A DNA stretch of 63,449 nt, filler included, from Reclinomonas americana ATCC 50394 (Eukaryota), in the NCBI GenBank assembly GCA_048213135.1. It is 5 parts of 3 records of this genome, joined end to end, with 100 filler letters (N's around TTAATTAATTAA, not from the genome) between each part and the next. Parts side by side here need not be neighbours in the genome. Positions count along the whole stretch, not along the records: positions 1 to 23,531 come from PS015051.1; 4 more parts are not named here. One strand, written 5' to 3'. A model generated the notes under the pieces. It saw only the letters and a program-made list of their open reading frames with translations. It was not told where the DNA came from and did not search any database. Of this stretch, positions 1 through 12,689 are shown piece by piece. Every line of letters begins with the position of its first letter. Within the stretch, counting starts at the first letter, position 1. The translations under genes were made by a program, and so were the position numbers.

Positions 1-400
1 GATCTCGACGAGAGTAGGAGAGAGAAGAGACGAAGAAGAGAGAGAGAGAGAGTGACAGAGAGAGAGAAAGAAAGAGAAAGAGATCAATGACTGCAAAAGT
101 AACCTGTCAACTCAGAGCCACGCTGAGTGTGCGCGCCACCGATGTTGTGCTTCGCATTAGAGGCAATGTGAAGAGTTTGAAGAAGATGGAGACCAGACAC
201 GTTTTTTATGTCGCTTGTGCTGCAGAAGATTGCCTCTCTGTTCATTTCTCTGTGCCTTCAGCACATTGCTTCAAGCTACTCTCGCTGTTCCCTCACCAGC
301 TTTATATCTCCTGTCGCCTCCGCAGTCGACACCTTTCCTTCACAAACGCACGATCTGCGATGTTGATTTTCCCTCCCTCCCCCACTTTCCCCTCTTCCAG

Positions 401-1783
401 AGTCCTCCCTGGTCGACTCCATCAACGGCGCCCGCCAGGCCAGCGGCGCCAAGGAAATGATTCGCGTGGCGCTGGATGTCAGCGACAATTACCCCGAGTG
501 CGCCAAGTCCATTATCAATCAGGGATCAGGTGCGGCCTTTCCTATCTCTTCCCTCTCCTCCTCCCTTCCTTCCCTAACACCTCCCTCAGTGGCGGAGGTG
601 CCGCTCGACATGCCCTACGACAAGGTGGTGCTCGGCGGCACCTTTGACCGCCTGCACCCGGGCCACAAGCTGATGCTGACCAATGCGGCCATGATCTCCG
701 GCCGCAGCGTGACCATTGGCGTCACCTGTTGCGTCCGCTCCCTCCCCCCCACCCGCCCTTTTCCTCCCGCTACTAATTTCCTCTTCTCATTAGCCGAGGA
801 GATGCTGCACAACAAGTCGTACAAGGAGCACATTCTACCGCTGGAGCGCCGCAAGCAGGACGTGATTGACTTTCTGAAAAGCGTCAACCCGAAGCTCGAC
901 TGCACGTGCACGACGCTGTTCGAGCCGTGGGGACCGACGGTTACCGATCCGCGCTTCCAGGCGCTCGTGGTGTCGGAGGAGACCAAGGCCGGTGGCGACA
1001 AGATTAATGCGTTGCGCGCGGAAAAGGGCATGGAGCCGATGGCGTTGCATGTGATTCCGCTGATTGAGCCGTCCAGGTGTGCGGGAGGGGAGACAAGAGG
1101 AGAAGGGGGTAGAGGGGTGGAGGAGAAGGGTGGAGGAGAAGGGAGGAGGAGAGGAGAGGAGAGGAGAGGAGAGAAGAGGAGAGGAGAGGAGAGGAGAGGA
1201 GAGGAGAGGAGAGGAGAGGAGAGGAGAGGAGAGGAGAGGAGAGGAGAGGAGAGGAGAGGAGAGGAGAGGAGAGGAGAGGAGANNNNNNNNNNNNNNNNNN
1301 NNNNNNNNNNNNNNNNNNNNNNNNNNNNNNNNNNNNNNNNNNNNNNNNNNNNNNNNNNNNNNNNNNNNNNNNNNNNNNNNNNNNNNAGAGCAGAGGAGGA
1401 GGAGGAGGGGAGAGGAGAAGAGGTGAGAGGAGCCAATTGGAGTTTCAGAAGCGACTTTGAAGACTGGCAGAGGTGGCGGAGTGGTGTTGGTGCGAAGCAA
1501 GTGTGTTATGCGATTCATTCACCGTCTCGGCCTCGTTGCTCATACTCTCTGACCGTTGCAGAGCCCACTCCGCGCCCAAGATCTCGAGCACGGAGATAAG
1601 AAGGTGCATTCCAGCTTCGTTCACTGCGTCGGTAGAAGATATGAGTCGCTCACCCCACATCCCGAACATGCAGGCGACTGGTGGAAAAGGCAGCGGCGCG
1701 AGCGCAAGCTGCTGCAGCTGCTGCGGCTGGGGACGACTGACGCGGATGTTTGGGGGACAGCACGATGTATTTATTTGGATTGA
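401..1783 (+). CDS. CAB4: Phosphopantetheine adenylyltransferase (eukaryotic PPAT, Cab4/COASY-type), 5'-partial, spliced
   Basis: Motifs VVLGGTFDRLHPGHK (HxGH), GPTVTDP, LVVSEET, INALRAEKG and KISSTEIR. Exons approx. 401-529, 590-727, 794-1076, 1562-1603, 1635-1783. All introns are GT-AG. Confidence 0.88.
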
Positions 1784-2000
1784 GATTGAATTGCGGGTTT
1801 TTGACAGCACAGGTCTCACTCCCGCAGCAGTGATCGTACTTCCTCTCTGCGAGGGGGGAGGGGAGAAGGGGGGGAGGGAAATGTGAGTGACAGAGAATGA
1901 GAAGAGAGAGAGAGAAAGGAAATCTGCTCTCGTATTCTGTTCATCCCTCTCGCTCTTCTTTTCGCTTTTCTTGGCAGGCACCCGTTTCACTCTCTTGCAT

Positions 2001-2183
2001 ACCTCGTCCCTGTATCGCTTCTCCTGTTGTTCAATGCGGGTAGAGTGACTTTTGGCGTCACCAACAGAAGAGTACGCAACTGCTTTCTCCCTCTTTCTCT
2101 CGCTGCACTGAGTGCCTAGGCACCACCGGTTCACCACTGTCTCACTAAGCATGCAATACGCTCCGTTGTCTGCGAGCGCGTGC

Positions 2184-2226
<43 letters not shown>

Positions 2227-2446
2227 CTCTCATTCTGTTCGCCTCTCTCCTATCCCCCATGTCTCCCTCCCACCTTATTTCTCTCCTACCGTCTCTCCCT
2301 CCCTCTTTCTCTCTTTTTTTCTCGCACTGTCCCCTCTCAAGCACCAAAGCACAGAAGGTGTCTGCGCCACCTTTCGACGACTGCCACTCTCTCACTGACA
2401 TCTCTCCCACTGTGACTTTTTCCAATCTTCCTGTAAGATGTCTTTC

Positions 2447-2497
<51 letters not shown>

Positions 2498-3570
2498 CCT
2501 CCTCCTCCGTCTCCTCGTCGACGTACGACGTACGACGTGTACGTACGACGACGACGACGAGAGAGAGAGNNNNNNNNNNNNNNNNNNNNNNNNNNNNNNN
2601 NNNNNNNNNNNNNNNNNNNNNNNNNNNNNNNNNNNNNNNNNNNNNNNNNNNNNNNNNNNNNNNNNNNNNNNNNNNNNNNNNNNNNNNNNNNNNNNNNNNN
2701 NNNNNNNNNNNNNNNNNNNNNNNNNNNNNNNNNNNNNNNNNNNNNNNNNNNNNNNNNNNNNNNNNNNNNNNNNNNNNNNNNNNNNNNNNNNNNNNNNNNN
2801 NNNNNNNNNNNNNNNNNNNNNNNNNNNNNNNNNNNNNNNNNNNNNNNNNNNNNNNNNNNNNNNNNNNNNNNNNNNNNNNNNNNNNNNNNNNNNNNNNNNN
2901 NNNNNNNNNNNNNNNNNNNNNNNNNNNNNNNNNNNNNNNNNNNNNNNNNNNNNNNNNNNNNNNNNNNNNNNNNNNNNNNNNNNNNNNNNNNNNNNNNNNN
3001 NNNNNNNNNNNNNNNNNNNNNNNNNNNNNNNNNNNNNNNNNNNNNNNNNNNNNNNNNNNNNNNNNNNNNNNNNNNNNNNNNNNNNNNNNNNNNNNNNNNN
3101 NNNNNNNNNNNNNNNNNNNNNNNNNNNNNNNNNNNNNNNNNNNNNNNNNNNNNNNNNNNNNNNNNNNNNNNNNNNNNNNNNNNNNNNNNNNNNNNNNNNN
3201 NNNNNNNNNNNNNNNNNNNNNNNNNNNNNNNNNNNNNNNNNNNNNNNNNNNNNNNNNNNNNNNNNNNNNNNNNNNNNNNNNNNNNNNNNNNNNNNNNNNN
3301 NNNNNNNNNNNNNNNNNNNNNNNNNNNNNNNNNNNNNNNNNNNNNNNNNNNNNNNNNNNNNNNNNNNNNNNNNNNNNNNNNNNNNNNNNNNNNNNNNNNN
3401 NNNNNNNNNNNNNNNNNNNNNNNNNNNNNNNNNNNNNNNNNNNNNNNNNNNNNNNNNNNNNNNNNNNNNNNNNNNNNNNNNNNCGTACCGTACCGTACTC
3501 GTACCTCTCTCCTACTACTACGTACTCTCCTCCTCTCGTCGTTACTTACTTACTCTTCTACGTACGTACG

Positions 3571-3629
<59 letters not shown>

Positions 3630-3881
3630 CTCCCTCCTCTCTCTCTCTCTCTCTCTCTCCCTTTCCCCTGTACCCCTTACCCTCATTCCCCTTCCCCTCC
3701 CTTCCCCCTTCACCCCCTTCAACCTCCTTCCCCCCAATACGCAACGACGCCAACTCCCAATCAATATCCCTCTTGCCCGTGAGCAGCGACAGCAAGTGCG
3801 CGGCCAGTGGCGTCACTCTCTTCTCACACTCTTCCTCGCGATCACATGCATGCATTCTCATCAATGCAGACACCATAAACA
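2001..3881 (-). CDS. Possible hypothetical spliced gene convergent with PPAT (gap inside)
   Basis: Exon-like blocks flanked by splice signals: approx. 3746-3880 ending TC|GTTGCG (donor 3745), approx. 2345-2430, and approx. 2081-2170 ending GCA|GTTGCG (donor 2080). No recognisable domain; boundaries uncertain. Confidence 0.3.
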
Positions 3882-4295
3882 TATCGTCGTGCGTGGCCAG
3901 CGGAGAGCAAGGCGACGACGACGACGACGATGGCAACGTGCACTCATCCTCTGCACCACAGCTCCACTCATAGTAAGAGTCATTACACTGTGTGTGTGAG
4001 AGAGAGTGTGTGTGTAAGAGAGTGAGAGTTTCTCCGGTCGACTTGGCACACAACAAACGTAACTGCCCAATCCCACTCATCTCCGAGAGTGGGCGAGTCG
4101 ACTGCGAGCGGCGATGTCATGTGTGCAAGTGTGGGAGGTGTGCGTGTGTGATGAAAGTGAAAGGGGGGTTTTCCGTGATTGATTCCGCGAACGCGAGCGT
4201 GGTGGTGATTTGTCATTGTCCATTGCAAACCCATCGCGTGAGAGAGTGTGTACTTGTCACTGTTGTTTTCCCTGCCGACTCTTGATCACGAAAGC

Positions 4296-7200
4296 ATGAG
4301 GTGTGCAATCCTCTTTGGCGCAAGAATGCTTGAGAAATGTCTCTAATGTGTCTCTGGTGTGCATGTGCAGTGCTGCTCGGAAGCAGACGCGGAGGAAGAG
4401 AGCGTGGGAGATGGGGAGGGATGGCGATGTGAAGGCACTGCGCGAGTTGGTTGCGCGTAAGGGCGCTCACACGCTGTTGAAGAAAGTGGAGATGAGTGAG
4501 CATGGCAGATCTGCATTTTACTCGGCCGCTGCGAGTGGCCACCTGCCTGCGTTGGAGTATTTGTGGGAGGAGAGCGGAGTCGGGCCACAAATCGCACAAG
4601 CGGTCTGTGACGGTGGCTGGACGCCGCTGATGACGGCTGCCAACTGTGGGCGTCTTCGCGCAGTGGAATGGCTGCTTGCCGATGAGCGACGATGCCCGTC
4701 GGAGATGGTGCGGGCGGGCACCAATGACGGTGCTAGCAATCCGCAGTCCACGGCACTGCATTATGCTGCCTTGCGTGGTCATGAAGCCGTTGTGCGACTC
4801 CTCGCCACTCGCTTTCCCGACCTCATTCCCATGGTCGATCATAAGGGCAGGACTGCGGCTGAGGTGGCACGCGAGAATGGCAAGCAGCACGTGGCCGAGT
4901 TGCTCGACGGCCTTGCTGCACAGCCAGCACCGGTACAACAACCGCCGCCGCCAGCACCAGCAGCAGGAGCAGGTGCGGTCTCGTCGCCTGTATATTTGTG
5001 CACACTGCCCTATCACAATGCCCACCATTGCCGTGCTGCTTATTTGTGGCCTTTCGGACCGAGCAGTGCCAGCACATCAGGTGAGGAACTGCCATATCGC
5101 GTTTCGCTGTTTGGTCTTCCTCTGCATCTTCTCACATCGCCGTCCACCACATTGTCCAGGCGGCCGCTCCATTGACCGACAAGGACGAGTTGATCGCTCT
5201 GCTCCAGCGAGACCTTGCCGCGGCGCAGCAGGAGCGACAGGCATACGTACAAACCGTGGCGCGACTGCAGCAAGTCAATGCAGAGTCGCAACAACAAGTC
5301 ATCCAACTGCGCGGCCAGCTTGTCGTCGCGAAGCAGCAAGTGGAACAACAGAATGCCACCGTGGCGCAGCAGCAGCAAGTTAATGTGGAGTGGCAGCAAC
5401 AAGTCAACCATCTGCGCGGCGAGCTTGTTGTCGCGCAGCAGCAAGTAGAGCGACAGAGTGCCACTGTGGCGCAGCTGCAGCAAGTCAATGTGGAATGCCA
5501 GCGCACTGCCGACGAGCAACGGCGGCTGGTGGTTGAGTGGCGGGATCGATCTGTCCAGCTGCAGCAGGCACTCACCGTCGCTCACGAGGAACCGAGGCAG
5601 TTGCGAGAAGAATGTGGGGCGTCGCTGGAACGCATGGACGAGCTGCGGCAGGCGGAGCATGATCGAGCAGAGCGTCTTGCCGTCGACTTGCGGCTGGTGC
5701 ACGCGCAGCTCAATGAGCGAGGTGATTTTCAAGGTTTCAGTCTGTGTGTGCGTTCGTGTGTCAGCTGCGTTTTTTTGACCATCTCTTCGACAGTGCCGCT
5801 GACGGTGTTCACGTGGGAGCAAGTGCGCGCGATGAGCGACAACTTTCGACAGCGAATTGGGGGTGGTGGTCAAGCGGAGGTGTATGCTGGTCGGTGGATG
5901 GAGGCGGAGGTGGCGGTGAAGGTGTTTGACCTTGCAGCCGAGTGGTGCATTGACTCGTTTGCCGATGAGGTGGGTGGTGGAGAAGGAGAAGGGGGGAGAA
6001 GGGGGGAGAAGATGAAGGGGAAGGGGGAGGGGAAGGGGAAGGGGGAGGGGAAGGGGGAGGGGAAGGAGTGAAGAGGGAGAAGAAGAAGAAGAAGAAAAGG
6101 AGAGGAGGAGGAAGAAAGAAGAAGAAGGAGAAGGAGAAGAAGGAGAAGGAGAAGGGAGAAGGAGAAGGGAGAAGAAGAAGAAGAAGAAGAAGAAGNNNNN
6201 NNNNNNNNNNNNNNNAAGAAGAAGAAGAAGGAGGAGGAGAAAGGAGGAGGAGGAGGAGAAGAAGAAGAAGAAGAACAAGAAGAAGAGGAAGAGGAAGAAG
6301 TGAGGAAGAAGAATAGGAAGGAGGAGGAGGAAGAGAAGAAGGAGAAGAATAAAAAAGATGTATGAGAAGAAGAAGAAGGAAGAGGAAGAAGAAGAACAAG
6401 AACAAGAAAAAGAAGAAGAAGAAAGAATAAGAAGAACAAGAAGAAGACGCGCAAGAAGACGTAGGAGGCGGAGAAGGAGGATAAGGGGAAGGAGAGGAGA
6501 AGGAGAAGAAGAGCTGAAGGGAAGTGCGTTATTCTCACTTAATTGACGACGCAGTTGGAGAAGCTCCACAAGTTGGCGGTTCCCGGCACGGTGCGAATGA
6601 TTGGGTTTGCGGAGGCCAACCATGGCGAGCGGTGCATTGTGCTGGAGGGAATGAGGTGAGTGAGAACTGGCAGAGAAGAGAGGAGAAGGGAGAAAGTAAT
6701 GACGAATATGAGTGAGTGAGACGTAGCAAAGCCAGATCGACAGCGCGCTCGAAACAATGTGGGATTCTCATCCTCGTCCTCGTTGCATCTGTCTCCCATT
6801 CCGTCAGTCCGCACAACCTGGAGCATCGGCTGCTGGAGCATGAGATCCATGGACTGCCGGTGATGTCGATTGAGGATCGCTTGAGTTGCATTCTGCGCTG
6901 TGCGGAGGTGGTGGACGCCATGCACAAGTTGCGTGATTTACGACGGGAAATCTTGCCTCCTCGCTTGCCATACTTACTGATTGTCTCTCTCCCCCTTTTG
7001 TGTGTGCATGTTCTCACAGACTGGACAAGGTGCGATTGCTTGCATTGTGAATCGTTGTCTATTGATGGCTGCTGATTATGTCCATGCTACCTTGCTTGCA
7101 TTTTGCTGGTGCATCCGGAGCAGCCCCGTGCGTTTTCCTCGATGATGAACATCAAGCTCTTGCATCATGTCGCTGATTTCTCTTTTATGTGATGCTGGCA

Positions 7201-7998
7201 GTGGTTCATCGCGATCTGAAGCCTGCCAACATCCTGTTTGACCGGCACAACCGAGCATTCGTCTCGGACATGGGAGTGGCGCACTGGTTCCCGGTGCACA
7301 AGGTGCGATGCCTCTTCGCTCTCCACTCCCCCTGCTTTCGTAGTACCAACAATCTCTTTGTGTGAAGACGCACGACAGCGTTGGCTACGCAGGCGACCCC
7401 AAGTACGCCGACCCAAAGGCGCTACGCGGTCAACTGCGTCCGAGTGCCGATGTGTACTGCCTCGGTCTGCTTATGCTGCAGCTTTTGTGTGGCAAGCCGA
7501 TCAGCGAGGTGCACACGATGCTGGAGGAGATGCTGGAGATGAACGAGCAGGATGTGGGTAATTTTGCGCTGGAGATTGCGGATAGAAGTGTGGGTCGCAT
7601 GTGGCCTGATCCGATGTGCGAGCAAATCGTGCGACTGTGTTTGCGGTGCGCGTGTCAATTGAGATCCAGCTGCTACTGCTTCTCCAACTCATTGTTTCTG
7701 TGTTGTTGTTGGTTGCAGGTGCGTGGATCAGCGAGATGCACGTCGTCCCACTGCCGCGCAGCTGGTGGTCGGGTTGCGCGATTTGCCGGCACTGTGGGGG
7801 CGTCGATCGTGCATGGCGTGCGATAGTTTGCGCACCACGTGCCTGCATCCGTGCTGGCATCAAGTGTTGTGCCGCGGGTGTGCGCAAGAGTTGGTGACGG
7901 CGCGTGGCCAGTGCCCGATGTGTCGAGTGGTGGTCGAGCGATTTGACGAGGGCGAGGATTTTGGATATTGCGTGTATGAGGGGCCGCCGCCGAAGTGA
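4296..7998 (+). CDS. Ankyrin repeat / coiled coil / IRAK-Pelle(RLK)-like protein kinase / C3HC4 RING protein
   Basis: ANK motifs GWTPLMTAA, STALHYAA, GRTAAEVA; Q-rich coiled coil; kinase FTWEQV..IGGGGQAEVY, VAVK, VHRDLKPANILFD, DMG, YADP, DVYCLG; RING CMAC..PCWHQVLCRGC..CPMCR. Predicted exons 4296-4300, 4371-4972, 5067-5080, 5160-5733, 5794-5969, 6555-6655, 6808-6927, 7020-7029, 7124-7127, 7202-7302, 7368-7645, 7719-7998. Confidence 0.85.
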
Positions 7999-8601
7999 AG
8001 GGAGGAGGAGAGGAGGAGGAGGAGGAAAGGGGAGAAGGGAGGAGGGAGGGGGGAGGGGGAGGGGGAAGGGGAGGGGAGGGAGAGGGAGAGGGAAAGGAAT
8101 GCAGAAATATAGCAATGTTGGTGTCAGAACACATAGGAAAAACCAGAAAGCCAGGCATGATCATGAATTGGAGAAGCAATTAATTGGTAACAATGCGACG
8201 TCGCAGTATATGTGCGACCATTTGTATTGCAGTGGAAGCATCCCTGGTTAAGTGCAGCTGGCAGTTCGAATGGAGAGGAGGAGACGTACTTGGTCGCGCG
8301 CCTTGTCAAGACAACAAGACGTCGATGTCCGCTGCGTCCAGAACATAGACAGTTCAGATTGTCACAGTTCAAAAATACTCCCGTGACTCCGTCTCGGCAG
8401 ATCCAAGCGCCCAGTTGTGACTCGAGCGCACAACAGGCGGCAGCAGAGGCGGCATAAAGAGAGAGGATTGCTGTGTCACTGCAGTCGATCGATCTCGGGA
8501 GTACGAGATGATTAGATTGTGCGCTGGCATGCGAGTGGCTGTGTGTTGAAGTGGAGACGGTTCTCGCGCTCACTTTCATGTGTGTTTCTTTGCTTCCACA
8601 G

Positions 8602-11600
8602 ATTTACCGCTCGTGAAATCGAGGAGCAGAGGATGCAAGTGTGCCAGATGGCAAAAGATGGCGACTTGAAGGCATTGCGTCAAAGAGTGGCACGCAACGG
8701 AGGAACGAGCTTTCTGCTGAGGAGGGCGAATGTCGAAGCCGCTGATACATATGGCTCGGTCTTTCACTGCGCTGCTGTCGAAGGCCATGTCTACGTGTTG
8801 GAGTATTTATGGGAACTTGACGTCGGCGCCCAGCTGGTGCATATGGTTGCAGGCGGTGGCTTGACGCCTTTAATGGGAGCTGCCGCGCGCGGGCAACTGC
8901 GAGTGGTGAAATGGTTGCTTGAGGATGAGGGACGATGCCCGCCAGCGATGGCGCGGATGGTCTCCACAGACCGCGACGTGATTCCGCAGTCTACCGCGCT
9001 GCATCACGGTGCCGTGCATGGTCATGTTGCAGTTGTCAACATCCTCGGGACCCGCTTTCCCGATCTCATTCCCATGGTCAACAAACAGGGCAAGACAGCG
9101 GCTCAGTTGGCTGCCGACAACAAGCAGTGGCGGGTGGTTGAGCTACTCGATCGTCTTGCTGCACAGCCTCAGCAACAATTGCAGAACCAACAATCTTTTT
9201 CTCCTCCCTCACCGCGACCGCAGCCAGGTGAAGTCTCAGGCTCCTGCTTCGTTCACTTCGCCGCTTATTCGACTCACATTTTTAACCTTTTGTATAATTC
9301 GTGACGTGCAACAGAAAGCTTTCGCGACCGTGTTTCGTGAGTACCTACGGTTTCCCATGCGTTTGTACAATTTCCCACTCTCATACACGTGTGTTGTTTG
9401 TCTATTGTTGTTGTCAGCACTCCTCATCTACGATTGAGAAGGGCAGCGTGGAATATGGGGACACTTGGCGCCACGGATGCACTGCGCCAGTTGGTGGCGC
9501 ACGAGGGAGCGTGCACTCTGCTGAAGCGAGAGGAGTTGACAGAGCTTGGCGGCTCGGCTTTTCATTGTGCCTCTTGGAAAGGCCATCTCTCTGTGTTGGA
9601 ATACTTGTGGGAAGAGAGTGGCGTTGGGCCGCAGCTCGCGCTGATGGTGGACAACTGTGGCCAGACGTCGCTAATGTTGGCTGCGGAGAAGCACCTGCAC
9701 GTAGTGGAATGGTTGCTTGTCGATGAGCGACGATGTCCGCTGGAGATGGTGTCAGCGGTTACAAGTGACGTTTCCTCCAGTCCGCAGTCCACTGCACTTC
9801 ATTATGCTGCCGCCGCTGGTCACGAAGACGTCGTGCAACTCCTCGCTACTCGCTTTCCCTATCTTGTTCCCATGATCAACAAGAAGGGCAAGACGGCAGC
9901 CGATCTGGCACATGACAAGGGCAGGCGACAAGTAGCCGAGTTCTTTGAACGCCTCGCTGTGGTGCAATCCCAAGCAGAACAAGAGCAACAAAAACAACAG
10001 CACCAACAACAGCAGCTGCAGCAACACCAGCAACTACAAGAACAACAGCAACGGCAATTGGAATGCCCGCAAGTCAACTCATCGTTAACGCAGCCTCATT
10101 GCCCGCCACCAGGTGTGTTTTGTTCGCGTTTATTTCTAGCTCTGATTATCCTGTCTTTTCTCACATCTCTCCTCGCTTTCGTGAAAGTCTCAGCGCAAGT
10201 ACTGCCGGTAAGAATGACATTTAATAGTGGTGACTATGAATCGACATTATTTGTTTCACTGCTTACACCACTAGGTTCTTTCCCGACGCTGCAGGTGGTT
10301 GACGATATCACGTGCACTCCAGAACGCCAACTCTCTCTCATGAACGCGCTCAATTTTCAGCTGCAGCATGAACTTGCTGTCGCGCAGCAGGAGCGACAGC
10401 AGCAACAGCTGGAGTGGGATCGACAACGGCGGGAGCAAGAAACCACGGTTACTCTGCTTCAGCGATTCAATGCTGATCTCCAACAACGCACGGCCGATGA
10501 GGAGCAGCGCAATGCCGAGCTGCGCCGAGCTGATGCTGAGCGACAGGAGCAGGTTGCGCGATTGCAGCAAATTGTGACTGAGTTGCAACAAGACAACGCT
10601 GTGTTGCATCGCTCGATAGTGGAGTGGCAGCGAGAACATGATGCGAGCCAGCAGCAGGTCTCCCAACTGCAGGCTGAGCGAGGTTTTATTGCTTTGCAGC
10701 TGGCCGAATCCGTGCACGACAAGCGTGAACTCTCTGCGCTTCTTCAGGAGAGCAACCGACTTGTCTCCCAGTTGCGACAGGAACTCCTCCTCGCGCAAGG
10801 TTTGGTATTTCTCGTCGTCGTCCTGTAGCTTTTTTCGTCCGGTTCTCTCTCCCGTTCTCTCTTGCTCTCTCTCTCTCTCTCGTACACGCACACGCACACA
10901 CGCGTGCGTACAGGCACGCATACACCATCACATGCTGACACATTCCACAGTTGGCACTTCGGTGCAGCGGTTCGAATGGTCCGAGATTGTGCAAGCCACT
11001 GACTCATTCTCGCCACGCCTGAAGATAGGTGGTGGCGGTCAGGGTGCCGTCTTTATCTGTTACCTCCGCGAGGTTTACGTGGCTATCAAGGTGCTCGATC
11101 CCGCTGCTCCATGGACGAAAGAGTCCTTTGAGACCGAGGTCTGTGTTTCTCCCTCTCTTGCTTATTTTTCCCTCTCTCTCCCTTCTCCCCTCTATTTCGT
11201 CTCATTATTCTTTCAATGGTCGCAGGTGGCGACTCTCGGCCGCCTGCACGACCGTCGCGTCGTCCCTCTCGTAGGCTATTCTGTGGGCGACGATCAAGAA
11301 CGCTGTATCGTTTACAAAGCACTGCAGTGCGTATCCATGTCATTCATTTTTGCACACGCATTCTCTGCAACATAATCACTCTGCAAGCATAGAGTTCTCA
11401 ACCTTGAAGATATGCTGCTACTGCCGTGCGCTGGTCGTGCGCCACTTTCTGTCGTGCAGCGCGTGCAGATTGGACTCGGACTGGCCGAGGCCCTCGTGTT
11501 CTTGCATAAGGTTTGTTCGATGCATAGCAAATCATCTCTAGCTACATATGCTCGGTTTGTGTGCCCTCCTTTTTTTGTGCTCTCGATCCTTTGTTGCTGC

Positions 11601-12267
11601 TCTTTGTCTCTCCGTGTCTCACGTGTTTTCAACTTCCCACTTCACTCTCTCCCTATGTCCTCAAACTCTCATTGAGTTTTCATGATCAAGAGTTCTGCCA
11701 CCCCTTCACTCACCGCCTCTTGCAGAACAATGTTGTGCACCGCGACATCAAGCCATCCAACGTTCTTCTCGATCACAGATTGGAACCTTGTGTCGGTGAC
11801 TTTGGTGTTGCGCGGTCAATTGCTTGTGGCAGGGTTCGTCTGGCCGAGTCATTGGGCTCGTTTCCCTCTTTCTCTCGTTTCCCACTGTCTCACTTTCTCT
11901 CGCCACGCAGACGACGACCGCTGCCGGCACGCTGGACTACATGGACCCACTGGCGATGCGTGCGAGGGTTCCGCATCCGGAGCACGACGTGTACAGCATG
12001 GGTGTTGTGCTGGTGCAGCTGGTCACCGGCAAACCAGTGGGGGCGGTGGTGGATTTGTCAGTGGCATGGGATCGCTCTGCGGCTGCACTGGTTCCCATGG
12101 AGTTGGTGGACGGTGGAGCAGAATGGACGGCGCGCGTCGCCGAGCCAATGTTTGAAATCGGCATGCGGAGCATGAGCATGAGACGCGATCGGCCGACGGC
12201 GCAGGAGGTGCTCGACAGGATGCGGGCCATTCGCGACGCTTGTGGGCAGTTTACGCTGGAGCTTTAA
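8602..12267 (+). CDS. Paralogous protein with two ankyrin modules, a coiled coil and an IRAK-Pelle-like kinase (no RING); start uncertain
   Basis: Two ANK modules (approx. 8630-9170 and 9430-9960) clearly homologous to that of the upstream gene (LEYLWEESGVGPQ, DERRCP, PQSTALHYAA, TRFP). Coiled coil 10300-10800. Kinase FEWSEIVQATDSF..IGGGGQGAVF, VAIK, HRDIKPSNVLLD, DFG, GTLDYMDP, DVYSMG, RPTAQEV. Stop TAA at 12267. Confidence 0.85.
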
Positions 12268-12689
12268 TGAATGGGAGGAAGGCCTCGGTCCATTGCAATT
12301 GCTCCTCTCAGTTTTGCAATATGAACCTCTTTGGATCGTGAGGTGAAGATTGCAGTTCGGAGGAAAGCTGCCGCTGCGCTCAAGACTGCATTATGTTGGT
12401 CATTTGCCCGAGTGTTGGTGAATGCGCAAGTGTCGAGGGAATGCCGATCCGCCAAACCTGTCGCAGGTTGTCAGAAACAGAAATAGTTCTTGATTCTCAT
12501 CCTTCGTTGCAGCCTGCATTGCTTCCGCGGCTCAGTGGGCACTCTCCTCACAGTGATAGGCTTGCGACGAGGGTCACCTCCGCTTGAAGACAACACTTGC
12601 CGGATTCCTTTCATGAGACAGGACTGGCTCTGCCGTATTCACTCATTTTTCTGCCAAGTCGGAGAGGAGAGCGGAACACCGTGTCGCCC

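Noticed and set aside
529-535. Idea that donors are non-canonical GG or GN starts (a single GN-TGCG consensus)
   Set aside because: Reading-frame constraints in PPAT and other conserved proteins place cleavage directly before GT in both classes.
530-793. Apparent excess of stop-free 3n introns (60, 66, 75, 87, 57 nt) that the ORF track reads through
   Set aside because: One third of short GC-rich introns are expected to be 3n by chance and many others here are not; no excess can be shown by hand.
1083-1430. Long poly-EERRG / SSPLL / LSLS / poly-P ORFs here and throughout the window
   Set aside because: They are translations of intronic (GGAGA)n, (GA)n, (GAA)n and (CCT)n microsatellites and of N-gaps.
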